Origin: Malacoraja senta
Taxonomy: Eukaryota
DNA: 64,000 bases
Assembly: GCA_038087875.1 (NCBI GenBank)
Contig: CM075989.1
Coordinates: forward strand, 16,618,001 to 16,682,000
Direction: 5' to 3'
Shown here: in pieces, positions 61,298 through 64,000 of the stretch
Layout of the letters: each line of letters begins with the position of its first letter
Position numbering within the stretch: position 1 is the first letter of the stretch
Translations under genes and position numbers: made by a program
Notes under the pieces: model-generated
Databases searched by the model: none
What the model saw: only the letters and a program-made list of their open reading frames with translations
What the model was told of the DNA's origin: nothing

Positions 61298-64000
61298 TGG
61301 ACCAGTAATCACCTCAGAGTGCTCAGAGTGCTCAAGAAGACAATGGCCCCTCGGGGTGGGGGTCACAGCCAAAGTCAAGAGCATGGAACCACGTGTGCTC
61401 CGTTAAAATTGAATGGGAGAGCTACAGTAATGGATTTGATCTTTAGGATAGATAAGAATTTACATAACAACAAAGAAAGAAATTGATTTAAAAGTAGATC
61501 TCAAAGACAATTGTGATTGCTTCTGGATAAATTACAAACAAGATGTGTTACATCACTGTTGGACTTGCTCCAAAGTCCATGTGGTTTACTGTGCTGGTGG
61601 GGAGTGCTCAAACTGTCTTAGTGAGGGGATGGGCTGTTTCATGAAGGAGAGACACAAAATCAGATATGCAAAGCATGATGCTGTTAAATGAGCCTGCATT
61701 GTGGAGGATTAACTTTGGAAGACTGTGGAGACTGGGAGAGAAAAAAAGGGAAACTATTTTTGGCAGAATTTAATTGTTCATCATTTAATGCAAGGAGTCG
61801 AGGGAATAAAGGCAGTGAACTGAGGGCATTTAGTGAGATATGATCAGAGCTGAACATTCTTGGTTACAAGCTTTTTGCTGAGATATGTCTGAGGGATGAT
61901 GAGGGTTGGTGGTGAAATAGGAGGCAGCATTGCAATGTAGGTTAAAGAAAATGCCATTTGCGAGGAAGGACAAAATACTAGAAACACCAAGTCCGATACA
62001 TTTTCTCCTTTACTTTCTTTTTGCCAAGACCACAAGGGCCAACATTGTTTGAAAGGCTCCTCTCATCTCAGCTGTGGTCTGAACTTCAGTTTCTCATTAA
62101 CCTCTACTCAAGAAGAGGAAGCTGTTTCAATCTTAATAACAATGAAGTTCCTCACATTCATGGGGAAATAGGGAGGGGGGCTTTAGGAAGTCAATTCAAA
62201 CACAGAAAAGAAGCTGGGTGGAGGTGATCTTGCAACACCGATCAGTTTTGCACTTGAAAGAGGTTCCAAGCGTTTTGTGATGTCTGTCAAAACTGATAGA
62301 GACTTGCTGAATTATATCCGTTCAATTCTGCCTCCTAGAGGGAATGGCCGAGCTGCGAATAGTTTGTTTCAGTCCAGAATGGAAGAAGTAAAGGGTGGGG
62401 TTGGGCAGATCAGTAGCCAAAGTAAGAGTCTGAATTGCAGTTGACTTATATAGAAGAAATGAGGTGACACAGGATGGGAGGATATGAATAAAAACGGAAT
62501 AAAAGGATCCAAAATGGTCTTAACTTAATTGATGGCAGTAGCTAGGCCACAAAAGATGACAAGATCACAGGAATGGCCTTCAATTTTTAAAAGGGGAAAT
62601 TTGTATGGATGAAATGATTCACACAGGATAGGAAAGCAATAAACCATGATGAATGAAGTGGTGTGATGAATTGAGATGAAGTTTCAATTCACTGTGCTCT
62701 CTGTGTAATGATTTATAAATCATTGCAATATGCCTGAGAATAATTGCAATTAAAAGAACATAAAATTGACTCTTCCCCGCAGCTTTCAAATAATGAACTT
62801 TGTTTTGTGATTAATCTCACTCTTTATGATAGGGGTTAGAATTTCACTGACCATAGCATTGGGGTTTCAATTATGAAGGCAAAGGCCAGTAAAACAAGTG
62901 CTATTCCTGTCTTAATTAGCACAGTGCCTCATTTGCTCAATGTCTCTGTCCTTCATCACTTAAGTTAACTCCCCAGATCAACAGCACATTCTGAGAAATG
63001 TTATTATTCTGGTTACTCCCACTTGCTTGTTCTTGATCCCAGACCTTGCAGGCTATAGCTCTTCACACACTCCTCTCCGCACGTTTAAAGGTCTGTTTCT
63101 GCCTCTACCATCATTACAGCCTTTAAACTCCAGCCCCCCACTGCATTTCTGGTGAAACAGATATTAATTCAAATATCCCCCACCCCACAATCCTACAACT
63201 AATCCACGTCTGGATGTGAATCCTTCAATCCATGTCATTGAACATTCTACCAAGAAAAAATAGGACCTTTCTGTTTCCTGTGACAAGGCACATTGATTAA
63301 ATCTCCACTTGATCTCCTTTGCTTCATAAAAAAAGCTCTAGTCCAGAGATTACCTTAATTGTCCTGTTCATGCAACAACCATGCAAATATTCTCTACTTA
63401 ATAGATCAGAGGGAAATTTACATGCAAATTCTGCCTCTAAATGAAGAAAATCCTATTCAAATATACGAGAAAAGCATAGGCACAAATTCTTCCTCACGAT
63501 TTCCGACCTAGTTGTTGCAGAACATGCCTCACTGCCTCAGACTGTCACCCATTGCTCTACATCTTGCCCTCACTCCTTACCCACTGATTTCTGCCTTAGA
63601 TTGCCACCCACCCACCACTGCCCAATGCCGTATGCTGCAACCCCCACCCGCATTCACAGATTTGAGAAATACAGAACAGAAAAAGTTGACCGTGTTTGCC
63701 TGCTATCAGAAAACAAGCACCCAGCCATTCCATGCCCATGTGGCTTACAGTCCTGGCTGCATCAAGAGCATTGAACCTTTCTGATGATGATTCCTTGACC
63801 TGAAGCACTTCCTAGGGTTCCTTGCCAAGCTGCTGCACATTTCCATGAGCTGTTTCTGCCCAAAGATATTAGAGGAGCTCCTCTAGTATCTTTGTTTCCG
63901 CCTTACACGTGTCCTGTCCTCTCCTCCCGCTGTTTTTGGCCACAAAACGATAAAGGTCCAAAAGCGAAAAATGAACTTGATCAACATTTCAGATTTTATT

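Overview
Vertebrate genomic DNA, very probably from a cartilaginous fish such as a skate or ray (inferred from the HE1/V-SINE-like, CR1 and Penelope repeat content). The window holds the 5' half of a bHLH-PAS gene best matching ARNT2, on the minus strand. It comprises a CpG-island first coding exon (54254-54393) and coding exons at 41380-41427, 34627-34840, 31306-31519 and 1-35 (runs off the window). These splice in frame through GT-AG introns to 217 codons. The introns and upstream region are filled with transposons: one apparently intact full-length CR1 LINE, many CR1/L2/Rex-Babar/Tx1 fragments, V-SINEs, two Tc1 elements, hAT and pogo-type MITEs, Helitron pieces and Penelope fragments. Main observations: (1) the intact CR1 ends ORF1 on a U_UUA_AAC slippery heptamer with ORF2 open in the -1 frame, a candidate programmed frameshift; (2) a 147-nt TSD-flanked retroposon starts exactly at a minimal HDV/CPEB3-like ribozyme fold; (3) a degenerate 40-nt homologue of the ARNT cassette exon would act as a poison exon; (4) many Penelope-type minimal hammerhead motifs; (5) a structured insert in the CR1 3' UTR. 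All calls come from reading the sequence by eye; no searches were run.
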